From positions 62,620,001 through 62,684,000 of the forward strand of contig CM059430.1 of the NCBI GenBank assembly GCA_030390025.1: DNA of 64,000 nucleotides, read 5' to 3'. This document shows, piece by piece, positions 11,361-24,178 of this stretch. The notes beneath the pieces are model-generated. The model worked only from the letters and a program-made list of their open reading frames with translations. It searched no databases and was not told the origin of the DNA. This stretch comes from Squalus acanthias (lineage: Eukaryota). A program made the position numbers and the translations under genes. Within the stretch, counting starts at the first letter, position 1. Every line of letters starts with the position of its first letter.

Positions 11361-13499
11361 ATTATTGAATGTGGGTGTAATAGTTTATTATTGTCTTACT
11401 TATTTGAGGAATTTTCATTTAATTACTTGTAAGAAAATCAAATTGCCTTTCATATTTTTGATCAATCTGTAGCATTTCACAGATGACAAATCCTTGTTTT
11501 GCTGTATCTAAATATCATCATACATAAATTCAATAAAAATATATTTTATATGACCTCTGTTATCAATCAACCAATCCTGATTTATTGAACTTTTGCGGGT
11601 AAAACTGTGAAGCTGAGTTTTGAATTGTGTGTTGCGTTACCGTGTTCTGACCTCCTGTGCAGGCGATTCTCCTGGTTTGGAAGGCAGGGCGCTCTAGTTT
11701 ATGGACTCTTCCATAAACCCACTGAGCACAGCTTGCAGATGAAGGCGTATAAGATGCTTTTCTTTAAATTCTGTATGGCTAGATCACTTGAATTACCGGG
11801 TTAGAACATTGTGTGGCAGCCGATCAATTCCAGTGACCAAGGATTTAGCTCCGAATGTAAAGATAATACAAGACGAAGTGAATCCGTTGCTTCTTGTTCT
11901 GCCGAACTCTTCTGGCTTGATGACTGTGTGCATTAACAAGCGTTTTACAGCAGAGAAACAACGTCTGTACTTTTCTCTCTCTCCACATGAACCACTCAGT
12001 TAGTTCCATTTACCATTTAGATTCACACAATCGTTAATATCCCTCTTTTTCTAGCAACTAATTAAATTCTAACAGAACTCTTGGGCTGTGATTCCACAAC
12101 GTTTTGTGGCAGAGAACGTCCACATCTCATGTTCTAACCAACCTCTGAGCAAAGAGTATTTTACCTCTCCCTTTATTTTTCCCGATTATGTTAAAGTTGT
12201 GTTCACTCGCCACCGTCTACTGGACAGTGAAAATAAACTATCACTGTTTCCTTGTCATAACGCCTTGTACTTTTGAAAACCTCTATCAAGTCACTCAACA
12301 AACTTTTGTGCTCCAGTTAAAGAAGTCCACTTTTCTCAATTAATAACTCTCCATTCTTGGTCAGTTCGGCGGCGCATTTTAATTTATTTTTTATTCTTCC
12401 ATAGTTCTACATAATCTCCTACACCAGTTGAACATAATCTCCTTGCTTCTGTAATCGATACCACCAAAATCTAAACCAAGACACACCCTTTATATTTTTA
12501 CTTTGTAATAAACTGCTGTTTCAACCAGTCATTGATGTCCATCTGCTCCTCTGCAGCTTTTAAAATCCTACAATTCAAGATGCATTTCCTGTTCCTAAGT
12601 GTACCTGCAAAAATATACCATTTCACATTTCCCTGCATTCTACATCAAACATTTATCTGCCCTACAAATTAACGATCGATGTCGTCTGCTGCATTTCACG
12701 ATCTGCGTCATAATTTCTTTCCCGATTCCCCATGAAGTGCCATCTGCACGTTTTAATGATGCACCCACAGTTCCCCAGTCAAGATAATTGATGTGTATAA
12801 TTTATAGAAGTAGCCGAACGCAGCGTCCTTGGAACATCACTCGCTACGTCTTAGCACGAGAAAAGTCCTTTTACACTTAAACTTTGTTTCCTCTCTTCCA
12901 ACTATCTCTCTAACCATGTGGCCACCTTGCCCTTACTTCCACGTGGCGTTATAGTATGTGGGACGGTATCCAATGCGTTTTGAAAATTTATATAAACTTC
13001 ATCTATTGCCTTTCCTTTGACTCTTTCGTATTTCTTCAGTGAAGCCTATAAGTCAAGCGCAATCTTCCCTTTTGAAATTCGGGCTGACTGGGATTGATTA
13101 GCTCAGGTTTCTGCAAGAGATTAGCAGTTTTATCCGGAATGACACAGAGCTTGCGAGATGTAAGTAAATGTGCAAATGTTTCCTTGCCGTTTTGTTGCCA
13201 TCTGTGTCACATTCTAATTGCTCATCTAATAAAAATGCATTGGCTTCGAGCTGGAGATTTAGTCAACGTGGAGTAGATTATTTTGATAATTATGTAAACT
13301 AAAGTAACACATTCACGTACAGCAGTCAAAACATGAACATTTGGGCGTTCTATCAGTCCCGGGTTCTGATAAGATGTAAGGTATCAACGAAGGCATTGAC
13401 CAGTCTGCTTTCAGCTGCACGAGACGTTGTGCTAAATATTGACAAGAGTGTATCGATTTCTCTAGCTAAGTAAACAACACGACTGAGTAGCTCAGCTCT

Positions 13500-13855
13500 C
13501 CATGGCAAGTATATCCATCCTTAGGTAAGGAGAGCAAAGCTATACACAATACTCCAGGTGTGGTCTCACCAGGGTCCTATATAATTGCAGTAAGACGTCT
13601 TTACTCTTATACTCAAATCCTCTTGTAATAAAGGCCAACATACCATTTGCTTTTCTAAATGCTGGCTGTACCTGCATGTTAACTTTCAGTAATTTGTGTA
13701 CACGGACACCCAGGTCCCTCTGAACACCAACATTTCCAAATCTCTCACCATTTAAAACATACTCTGCTTTTCTATTTTTGCTACCAACGTGGATAACTTC
13801 ACATTTCTCCAAGTTATATTTCATTTGCCATGTTCTTGCCCACTTCTTAGCCTGG
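13500..13855 (-). mobile_element. CR1 fragment truncated at the inversion breakpoint
   Basis: KYNLEKCEVIH...LVRPHLEYCV; the right-arm counterpart extends further (39790-40760). Confidence 0.85.
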
Positions 13856-15713
13856 ATTAGAAATTAGAAATTCTTTGCAAATCTGCTCCCTCATCACCAC
13901 CAAACTCTAGTTCTATTATGTCAAACGGTGTGATAGGAACAACTTGAATGCGCAACATTACGCACAAAAAGTTTACAGTTAAGGAGAAATTGAATAAAAT
14001 GCGCTTGATTGGTAGAACTCTCTTGACATTTTGGACAATATGCAGAACCTACAATTTGTTAGCCCATGTGATCAACGTTACAGTATTCTAGGATATGAAA
14101 AAATTGCAGTGCGTTTCAGAGATTTAACCAATTTAACTGTACTTAAATATGTGTGTGGATGAAATAAAAAGGCAGAAAATGTACACGAAAACACTTAGAG
14201 AAACATATGAAAATGGAATGTATAAAAAAGTGACAGACGCCTGAAGGCGATGCACTTACACATTCCCATCTGTACCAAGAGTGAGGTTAGGACAGTTACA
14301 ATGACAAATGTGAAGTAGAATCAGTTTTGAATGTGAACATTAAGTTTTGTTTTACACTGAAACATGCGATGTGAAATAACTGCTGCTCTTCAGCACTAGA
14401 TACATTTTCAGTATGTTGCAATTAACGGAGTTAAATTTAGAACAACACGTGTTGGTGCTTTGAGCTGAGCCACTGAACCGCTTCCTTTAATTAGCTCGCA
14501 TAAGCGATTCGCCCTGGTCAATATTTAGCAGTACATCAGTGTAGCGAAAACCAGAAGGTAAAAACCCCAGCTAATCGCATTTAGTTTATCAGAACTGATC
14601 GTTCGCCCACATATTGACCTTTTAAATCATTCACATAGATGTGCCACTGTTTCGGTTAATGGATTATCAAAATAATTTACAGCACTTTGTCTCCAGTTTG
14701 AAGCAACGAATTGTCACTAGACTAGAAAATCGAATTTTAAGTAAATTGTAACATAATAACAGGTAAACAGTTGCACATTTACTGCAATTTTGCGGCCCCT
14801 GTCATTCGGGATAAAACTACAAGGTTCTTGTAGAGACCTGAGCTAATCAAGGCAAATCAGCACGGATTTCGAAAATGCAAACCGTGCTGGACTTCCTTTC
14901 TAGAATTCTTTGAAGAAACAGCAGTGAGAATAGTTCAAGAAAATGCAGCAGATGTCATTTGCATAGATTTTTTAAAATAATCAATTGAGGATAATGAGTC
15001 TTGCAAGCAGAATGCATGGCAACTTTCAAAACGGAAGCGGATATATACTATTGCAGGACTTTGATGAAAGAGGGCGAGAATGGGATAATTAGATAGATCT
15101 TTCAAAGTGCCGGACGGGCACAATGGGCCGCATGGTCTCCTTCCGTGCTGTAAGTTTCTTTAATTCTACGTGGCCATATGGGTAGACAGATGTTTGCAGG
15201 ACATAAAACAACTGGTAGCTTGTTTCAGCAGCTTCACCCGATTCACATCAGGAGCGTCACCTGGACTGGAAGTCAGAATGCAGTAACGCGACACATAAAT
15301 CAATGCACAGGTTTTGCAGTATTACTCGCCAAAAATTAGCACGAATCGTTCATTTGTGAGCAGTTGTATATAATATATTTTTATTGAACTCATGTTTGAT
15401 GATAATTAGCTACAGCAAGGCTATTACCGTATCATTGTAATCGAAAGAGTAGAGATTTGTCTTCAGTTAAATAATAGATTTAACATTAAAATACGTCAGG
15501 AAAGTTACATTACTTAAAAACAGCTAAAAGAAAATTTATCAAATAATTGTACAGTAATTAATAGCTATAGACTGCTTTCTCTGATATATCACTGGAATGC
15601 TTTACCTCCTGGAGGAATGGTATGTCACGCTTTACAAACGCGTGGAGTTGATATGGCAGCGGAATGCATTTAGTGCACACCAAAAATGTGGTTTCTGCAT
15701 CTAAAATGTATTG

Positions 15714-15887
15714 CTAATTGATTTTTCCTTCTGTGTACAAAGGCTCTGTAACTCCTCTTTGTTTTTTTGTCTGCAACTGGGCATACTCTGTGCTTCTTTC
15801 GTTATGTTTGCATTTCCCCGTTTTCTCTGAGTTAGTCAATGCTAGAGTCGTGTATGTCAGCTTGCCACGGCCTGTCCCATTTTCGGT
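15714..15887 (-). CDS. Terminal cytoplasmic exon, distal copy, with ITIM LTYTTL and ITSM-like TEYAQL
   Basis: Phase-0 acceptor ggctttacag; TENGTGRGKLTYTTLALTNSEKTGKCKHNERSTEYAQLQTKKQRGVTEPLYTEGKIN*. Confidence 0.8.
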   Translation of the reverse strand, partial: TENGTGRGKLTYTTLALTNSEKTGKCKHNERSTEYAQLQTKKQRGVTEPLYTEGKIN

Positions 15888-16094
15888 CTGTAAAGCCAAT
15901 GTTTGGGAATATTGTTAATTGGCCTTTTTGCAAGTTCAGTGGACTGCTGCTCAAAGCAGATATCAGAAGTACGCACAAATAGCCTCAATACATCACACGG
16001 TTAAATTCAGCACAAACATATTCCTTCTGCTATCGCATTAATGTTGATCTTACACTGGTGATCTATGTTTCTCTGATCTGTCACTTAGCCCTAC

Positions 16095-16196
16095 CTGATC
16101 GTACACGGTTCCCTGCTCTTCATGTTTACGTCTTGGAGTTTTCTTGGCTTTGCTCATTTCGAATGCAACATAATGCAGGATCTCAGCCGCTGCTCC
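16095..16196 (-). CDS. Cytoplasmic exon, distal copy (LHYVAF, TVYDQ)
   Basis: 102 nt, open, cag acceptor and GTAGGG donor; paralogous to 19299-19400. Confidence 0.72.
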
Positions 16197-16361
16197 CTGC
16201 ATGGGTCACAAAGAAAATGTTTGGTTATGTCGTCAGTTCATTGTTTTCACCAGTTTACGTACCGCTGATCAAACATTCAACAGATTGACCGGGGCTGGAG
16301 TTCAAGTGCACAAACGATAGTTCATATATATATAGGTAAGTGGGAATATTAAGGCACTGTG

Positions 16362-18662
16362 GTTTTAGAAGAGAAAGGCAAAATATAAAAGGTGGGGCGG
16401 TAGCCCTGATAATAATGGAGGGGATAAAGACAGTAGAAAGCAAGCATCTTAGCTCGGAAAATCAAGGTATCGAATCATTTGCTGGAACTAAGAAACAACA
16501 AGGGACAACACGGTTGGTATTAGTGTACAGGCCCCCTCCCACTATTTGTAGTGTCGGGCACAGTATAAATCAGGAACTTTGAGGTGCGTGTAACAAGGTG
16601 GAGTAAACATTGGGGAGATTAATTTTAATATAGACTGGACAAACCAAATTTGCAGTAACTCTGCAGCAAACGAGTTGTTGAAATGCATTCAAGATAGTAT
16701 TCTGGATCAAAATATCGAGGAACCAACTAGGCAACAGGCTATTTTAGAACTAGTATTGAGCAATGAGACAGGGTTAATTAATAACCTTGCATTAATGGTG
16801 CCCCTGGGGAAGAGTAATCATAATATGAGAGAATTTTATATTGTCCCAGAATTTGTGGTGGATATGATGGCGTACTCTTGGAGTACGCAGTCATACTGCC
16901 TTTGAAATTGACCACAAGTTCAGGATTTTTGCATGCGCTTGCTTATTCACTAAATCCAGAACTTGTGGTCCGTCAATTTGCACGTTGACAGATTATCTAC
17001 AGATCCACCAAAAACCTAATTGCTGGTGCAGAGTTGGGCTAATTGCCCACCAGCTGCCCAGCAATTATGTACGGAAATTTTATGGCTGGTGAAAGCAGTC
17101 ACAGGGCCTGTTTCCACAGTGTAAGGGGATAGCCGAAATGAATAAAAATGCTTTTTTTTAATTAAATGACATCCAGGAACATTAAATGCTTTAATGCGAA
17201 GCAATCCTAATGTACGATAAAGCAGCAGGTTTTTAAAATAATATTTACATTCATGATTTCCTGCACAGTGCACGGTATTTATTTAAAAGTGGGAATTACG
17301 AGTAATGAATTGGATTCCCATGATAAAAGCTCAATCTGTAATGTATTTTAAAGGCTGTAATGATTAAGTAAGGTAGTAATTTAAATGAATGAAAGACAAT
17401 CTGTTACCTGATTGGAGGAGCAGGCACACGTGTTCCCAGGTACGCCTCTGCACAGGCTGCTTCCCTGGGACCTGTGAACCATTACCCTGCCCTCCTACTC
17501 GCAGCGTCAGAGAGCAAGCTTACAAAGGAGGGCCACCATCGGGTTGGTGCGTATTCTTTTTGTAGGTCTGCGCCACACTCTGGAGCGATGCCGTGGAGCG
17601 CAATTTTTGGGCTTTTGAGTTTGAGTGATTTAGTTAAGTCCGAATTTGGGAGTAAATCTGAACAAATCAGAATATGTAGGTATGAGTCGTTGTTGGCTAA
17701 GGTAGATTGGGAAACTCGATTAACAGATATGATGGTAAATAAGCAATGGCAAGCATTTAAAGAATCAATTCATAATTCACAACAAATAACCATTCCCTTG
17801 AGGAATAAGAACCCCACGCAAAAATTGGTCCAACCGTGGCTTACAAGAGAGTTTAAAATAGTATTAAATTAAAGGAAGAGGCTTATAATGTTGACAAGAA
17901 AGAGTAGTAAATCTGACAAGTGGGGGGATTTTAGAATTTAGCAAAGGGTGAGCAAAAATTGATAAAGAAAGAGAAAAGAGAATATGAGATTAAGCTCGCA
18001 AGAGACATGAAAACAGATGGTAAAAGCTTCTATAGATATGTAAAAAGGAAGATGTTAGCGAAAATAAACGTGGGTCTCTTACAGGCTGAGACAGGAGAAA
18101 TTATAATGGGGAATAAGGAAATGGCGGAAACATTATTCAAATATTTTGTGTCCGTCTTCAGTGAAGAAGACAGAAAAAAGATTATGTAAATAATGCGTAA
18201 CCAAGGTTCTAATGAGAGTCAGGAACTTAAATAAATTAGTAATAGTAAAGAAATTGTACTGGAGAAATTAACGGGACTAAAAGCTGACAAATCTCCTGGA
18301 TCTTATGGCCTACACTTAGGGTTTTACATCAGGAGGCTACAGAGATAGTGCAAGCATTGGTTTTGATATTCCAGAATTCCCTAGATTCTAGAACGGTCCC
18401 TGTGCACTGGAAGGTAGCAAATGTAACCCGCTATACAAAAAAGGAGGGAGAGAGAAAACAGGGAACTATAGGCCAGTTGGCCTGACATCTGATGTAAGGA
18501 ATGCGAGCATATGTTATTAGGGATGTGGTAACAGAGCAGTTAGAAAATTATAATATGATCGGGCAGAGTCAACACAGATTTATGAAAGGGAAATCATGTT
18601 TCAAAAATCTGTTAGAGTTCTTTGAGCTTGTAACTAGCAGGGTAGATAAGAGGGAACCAGTG
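16362..18662 (+). mobile_element. Degenerate CR1 ORF2 (endonuclease to RT N-terminus), interrupted by a MITE
   Basis: GGAVAL, VYRPP, EPTRQQAILELVLSN, KSFYRYVK, SQHRFMKGKSC. Confidence 0.85.
16843..17613. mobile_element. Diverged MITE (PIF/Harbinger-like) inside the CR1
   Basis: Termini gtcccagaattt...aatttttgggc and AT-rich core; the CR1 sequence resumes on both sides. Confidence 0.6.
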
Positions 18663-18920
18663 AGTTTATCATCAGTTAAATAATAGATTTAACATTAAGC
18701 ATGTCAGGAAGGGTACTTTTTCTTAAAAGCAGCTAAAAGAAAATTCATCAAATAATTGAACAGTAAGTAACGACTATAGACTGCATTCTCTGATATATCA
18801 CTGGAATGGGTTACCTCTCGGAGGAATGGTATCGCACGGTAAACATACGCGTGGAGTTGATATGGTAGCAGAATTCGATCAAAACACAACAAAAAGTGAC
18901 TTCTGCAGCAAACTTTATTG

Positions 18921-19093
18921 CTAATTGATTCTTACTTCTGTGTAGACAGCCTCTGTTACTTTTCTTTGTTATTTTGTCTGCAGCTGGCCATACTCTGCGC
19001 TTCTTTCATTATTTTTGCATTTCCCCGTTTTCTCTGAGCCAGTCAATGCTAGAGTCGCGTATGTCAGCTTGTCACGGGCTGTCCCTTTTCGGT
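18921..19093 (-). pseudogene. Terminal cytoplasmic exon, proximal copy (frameshifted): LTYATL, AEYGQL, AVYTEV
   Basis: ggctttacag acceptor; 1-nt deletion and AAA>TAA relative to the 15.8-kb copy; AATAAA directly after the TAG (18914-18919). Confidence 0.75.
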
Positions 19094-19298
19094 CTGTAAA
19101 GCCAATGTTTGAGAATATTGTTACTTGGCCTTTTTGCAAATTAGTGGACTGCTGCTCAAAGCAGACATCAGAAGGACGCATAAATAGCCTCAATACAACA
19201 CACGGTTAACTTCAGCACAAACATATTCCTTCTGCTATCGTATGAATGTTGATATACACCAATGATCTATGTTTCTCTGATCTGTTACTCATTCTTAC

Positions 19299-19400
19299 CT
19301 GAGCGTACGCGGTTCTCACCTCTTCACGTTTAGGTCTTGGAGTTTTCCTGGCTCTGCTCAAATCTAATGCAGCATAATGCACGGTCTCAGCCGCTGCTCC
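19299..19400 (-). CDS. Cytoplasmic exon with ITIM VHYAAL, proximal copy
   Basis: ttcctttctgtcccatgcag acceptor, CAG|GTAAGA donor, 102 nt, phase 0-0: GAAAETVHYAALDLSRARKTPRPKREEVRTAYAQ. Confidence 0.8.
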
Positions 19401-19745
19401 CTGCATGGGACAGAAAGGAAATGTCTGGTTATGAGGCCAGTTCATTGCCTTCACCAGTTTACGTACCGCTGATCAAACATTGAACAGATTAATCTGGGCT
19501 AGAGATCAAGTGCACAAACCATAATTTATATATATTTAGATAAGTGGGAATATTAAGACACTGTGAACATTATAACTAATATTTAAACCTGTCAATGTTC
19601 ACTCTGCAATACAGCGTTACAGAAATGTTTCAATTGAGCGGCAGCTTTAGACTGTAAAGTTCTTTTTTTAAATCCAAAGAATAGATGAATCTATAAACAG
19701 ATATCACCTAGATTTTCAACGAAACAGGCAGTTTTCATTTCTGCC

Positions 19746-22330
19746 ATGGAGAGGGGAGCAGAAAGGATCAAACCAGGAGGAGGAGAGCGGATCGAGTGGG
19801 TAGGAGGTGCGATCAAAGAGGAGAGGAGAGTGGATCGAAGCGGGGAGAGCAGCTATTAAAAATAGGAGCTCGGAGAAAGAAGCTCGCAGGGGAAGAGGAG
19901 CTAGGAGAGAGATAAGCTCGGAGAGGGGAGAGGGGAGAGAGGAGTCCGGAGTGGGGAGGGAGGAGCTCAGAGAGGGAGAGAAGATCAGGAACTCAGTAAA
20001 ATAATGGGACTCAAGGCAGATAAATCCCCTGGACCTGATGGCTTACATCCTAGGGTCTTCAGGGAAGTGGCAGTGGGGATTGTGGATGCTTGGGTAATAA
20101 TTTTCCAAAATTCACTGGACTCGGCAAAGGTCCCGGCAGATTGGAAAACTGCTTCTAATGTAACACCCTTATTTAAAAAGGGTAGTAGGCAGAAGGCTGG
20201 AAATTATAGACCAGTTAGCCTAACAGCTGTGGTGGGTAAAATTTTGGAGTCTATTATTAGGGAGATAGTAACGGAACATTTAGATAAACATAATTTAATA
20301 GGACAAAGTCAGCATGGCTTTATGAAGGGGAAGTCATGTCTGACAAATTTGCTTGAGTTCTTTGAGGACATAACGTACAGGGTGGATAAAGGGGAACCAA
20401 TGGACGTAGTGTATTTAGACTTCCAGAAGGCATTCGACAAGGTGCCACATAAAAGATTATTGCTCAAGATAAAAAATCACTGGATTGGGGATAATATTCT
20501 GGCATGGCTGGAGGATTGGTTATCTAACAGGAAGCAGAGAGTTGGGATAAATGGTTCATTCTCGGACTGGCAACCAGTAGCCAGTGGTGTTCCGCAGGGG
20601 TCGGTGCTGGGTCCCCAACTCTTTACAATCTATATTAACGATTTGGAGGAGGGGACCGAGTGTAACATATCAAAGTTTGCAGATGATACAAAGATGGGAG
20701 GGAAAGTAGAAAGTGAGGAGGACATAAAAAACCTACAAGGGGATATAGACAGGCTGGGTGAGTGGGCGGAGATTTGGCAGATGCAATACAATATTGAAAA
20801 ATGTGAGGTTATGCACGTTGGCAGGAAAATTCAGAGAGCAAGTTATTATCTTAATAGCGAGAAACTGGAAAGTACTGCAGTAAAAAGGGATCTGGGGGTC
20901 CTAGTGCAAGAAAATCAAAAAGTTAGTATGCAGGTGCAGCAGGTGATCAAGAAGGCCAACGGAATGTTGGCTTTTATTGCTAGGGGGATAGATTATAAAA
21001 ACAGGGAGTTATTGCTGCAGTTATATAAGGTATTGGTGAGACCGCACCTGGAATACTGCATACAGTTTTGGTGTCCATACTTAAGAAAAGACATACTTGC
21101 TCTCGAGGTAGTACAAAGAAGGTTCACTCGATTAATCCCGGGGATGAGGGGGTGGACATATGAGGAGAGGTTGAGTAGATTGGGACTCTACTCATTGGGG
21201 TTCAGAAGAATGAGAGGCGATCTTATTGAAACATATAAGATTGTGAAGGGGCTTGATCAGGTGGATGCGGTAAGGATGTTCCCAAGGATGGGTGAAACTA
21301 GAACTAGGGGGCAAAATCTTAGAATAAGGGGATGCTCTTTCAAAACTGAGATGAGGAGAAACTTCTTCACTCAGAGGGTAGTAGGTCTGTGGAATTTGCT
21401 GCCCCAGGAAGCTGTGGAAGCTACATCATTAAATAAATTTAAAACAGAAATAGACAGTTTCCTAGAAGTAAAGCGAATTTGGGGTTACGGGGAGCGGGCC
21501 GGAAATTGGACATGAGGCCGAGTTCGGATCGGACAAGGCCCTGTGGGTGGCGGAGCGGGCCCAGGGGCTGAGTGGCCGGGTCCTGCTCCTACTTCTTGTG
21601 TTCTTTAGATTTGAGGTTAGGATCAGATCAGCCATGATCTTATTGAATGGCGGAGCAGGCTCGAGGGGCCGATTGGCCTACTCCTGCTCCTATTTCTTAT
21701 GTTCTTATGTAACTCGTAGGGAGAATATCAGGGACTTGCGGGTGGGGGCGGGGTGGAGGGTAATGTCATCAACTCGGGGAGAGAAAGTCAGGAGCTTGTT
21801 GGGTGGGGCACGGTGAGAAAGATGGGGAGGTGGGAGGAACGTGTCCAGGTCTAAAGCAGGGGGTTGAGAGCAAGAAAGTGATCCAGATAGGAAGATGCAG
21901 GTGCACATGCGCACTCGATCGAGACGCGCATGTGCAGTAACAAATGGTGCGGCGGCTGCGGCCTGCACAAGCACACTTTCGTCAGCTGCGTGCGGAGGTC
22001 AGGGGAATGTGGAGAGAGAGGAGAGTGGATTGTAGGTGAGAGAAGAGGAGGGGAGTTAAAGTGGGCAGCAGAGTGGATCCAAGGGGGCAGGGAGGAGAGG
22101 GGATCGAAGTGGGGGAGACGAGCTCGGAGAGAAAGGAGCTCGGAGAGAGAGGATATCAGAGAGAGGAGAGAGGAACCCGGAGAGGGAGAAGAAGGCCAGG
22201 AACTCGGAGAAAGGTCAGGAACTTCTTGGGGGGTAGTACAGTGAGAACAGAGGAGAGGAGGGAAGAATGTGATCCAGGTCTAAAGGGGGGGAATGTGAGC
22301 AAGAACCTGATCCAGATGGGAGGGTAGATC
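19746..22330 (+). repeat. Purine-rich (GA/GGAGA) low-complexity tract split by the young CR1
   Basis: Strong G+A bias at 19746-19995 and 21712-22330 with recurring gagctcggagag-like units. Confidence 0.6.
19996..21710 (+). mobile_element. Young 5'-truncated CR1 LINE with an uninterrupted 503-aa RT ORF (20004-21515)
   Basis: KSPGPDGLHP, NYRPVSL, YLDFQKAFDKVPH, GVPQGSVLGP, KFADD; 3' UTR ending (TTCTTATG)n. Confidence 0.96.
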
Positions 22331-24064
22331 ACGTTCTCCCGCCCTCTGTTCGGACTGGACTACGCTCTTCCACCACACTTCCTTCACACCTGCTCAACGT
22401 TCGCCCTCTCCTTCCCCACCAACACCACCCAGACCGCAGCAGTTCAAGAAGGCAGCTCAATACCACCCTCTCAAAGGCAAATAAGGATGGGCAAAAAATA
22501 AATTAATGTTAAATATGAGAGCCTATTCTGTGTTGGTCCTATAACCTGAATAATATTACATTTATGTTTTATTTCCCGGACTTGACTATTCCAATGTTCT
22601 CCTGGCCAGCTCCCATCTTCCACCGTCAGTGAACTTGAGCTCATCCAAAACTCTGCTGCACTTATCCTAACATGCAGCAAGTCTCATTCACCCACTACCC
22701 CTGTGGTCGTTGACCTAAATTAGCTCATGGTCCACCAATAATGTTCCCGCTAAGCTACACGGTCAGCAGCTGCCAGGAGGTCCCATGCAGGCTGCTTACC
22801 GGTGTTTGAATGGGAGATTTGGTGCAAGCAAGAAATTTTGAATGGGCTGTGCAGCCCGTTAAAGGGATCGTGCACCCCTCAAAAATTAGGGGGAACATTG
22901 TAAACCAACAGAATGATTTTAAAATTCTCATCTCCATGTTAAAATCCCTCCATGGCCTCACACCTTCCTTTCTGAACTCTGCATTGTGAGCGCTGTGAGT
23001 GCTCCTAACCCGAGAGGGTGAGCCCTGTCTGTTTTCTGAAAGTACTAGTGTTCGCACTGTGAGTTCTGGAGCCTGGCTGTCACAATGAATGGATCATATT
23101 ACTCATTGCAAAGATCTTGATTACTCTCCAGCAGGCATGGTCAAATTACACATTCCAGACAAACTGTTGAGTGTGTCTTGTCCTCCAAGGGGACCGATCA
23201 GAAATCTGATCTTGTCCTCGAAGGGGACCAATCAGAAATTTCGTGTTGCAACCAGACACGACCGTAGACTTAAGCTATTCTGACGTGATTATGATATAAT
23301 CTTTCCATTATAGCAACCTTGACATTTCAACCATCTACCAGGATGAATGAATGAACTCTTCACGGCGGTTCGGTCTCGTTACACATTCTTCTTTACCTGA
23401 AAACGAATGAAATTGAATGATATTGAAAGATTGAAATATTTACTCAGTTTCCGTGTCAATGATTGAAAAGACATTTCTCGAGTCAGAACAATGCATAAAC
23501 TAATTTCCAATTCCGCATTGTGCCGATAGTGTTTGAAATCCAAGCCCTTGTAGCGATCAGCAATGGTGCATTTTTTGGATTTTTTTTCGAAAACTGAGGG
23601 AATCGTTTTGGACACTAAGGGAATCAAGGGATATGGGAATAGGGTGGGAAAGTGGTGTTGAGGCTCGAGGGGTCGTATAGCCTACTCCTGGTCCTATTTC
23701 TTATGTTCAGATGTGTACAACCATTCCCCGGCCAGAGCCTCACACTCTTTCACTCAAACTAGTTGTGCATCCACAACAGAATGTGTGGGAAAGTGATTGT
23801 GTGTCAGGGTACATGTCATTTATTATGCTGCAAAGGGGGCATTTTTGTTGCAAACATCCAGATAATTATCTCCATTTTTATTACGATTCTCTGAGAATGT
23901 CTGCGTTTTAAAAATGCATTTGGTACAATCGGCGCTCTCTGAAAACAGCTCACACGGTTTTCAACTTTAATTCCGAATCGAGTTCTCATTTCCCCGTGTT
24001 ACCCGGAGACTGTCACTACCCGTGGGGTTTTAAACTAAAATGAAGTGCTTACATTAGATCTTAC

Positions 24065-24178
24065 CGTCATTATTCTGCAGTCGGCACCGCGTCCCAATGA
24101 AGATCATTAGCACTAGAAACGCCAATCCACCCACCGCACACGCAGAAGCCCAGAAGTAAAGTGAATTATCGACAATAC
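24065..24178 (-). CDS. Gene B TM exon, uncharged
   Basis: GIVDNSLYFWASACAVGGLAFLVLMIFIGTRCRLQNND; 114 nt; AG/GTAAGA boundaries. Confidence 0.85.

Larger units (their letters stand above)
1..13855 (+). repeat. Left arm of a large inverted segmental duplication (continues off the window)
   Basis: Reverse-complement match to ~40404-53913 across exons, introns and shared TE fragments, roughly mid-90s % identity by eye. Confidence 0.92.
15462..16361 (+). repeat. ~900-bp direct repeat, copy 1 (contains the two tail exons)
   Basis: Matches 18671-19565 end to end (tcagttaaataatagatttaacatt ... taagtgggaatattaag.cactgtg). Confidence 0.88.
18671..19565 (+). repeat. ~900-bp direct repeat, copy 2
   Basis: See 15462-16361; the two copies are separated by a CR1 fragment. 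Confidence 0.88.

Noticed and set aside
19807-22327. Arg/Glu/Gly-rich ORFs flanking the CR1
   Set aside because: Artefacts of purine-rich low-complexity sequence
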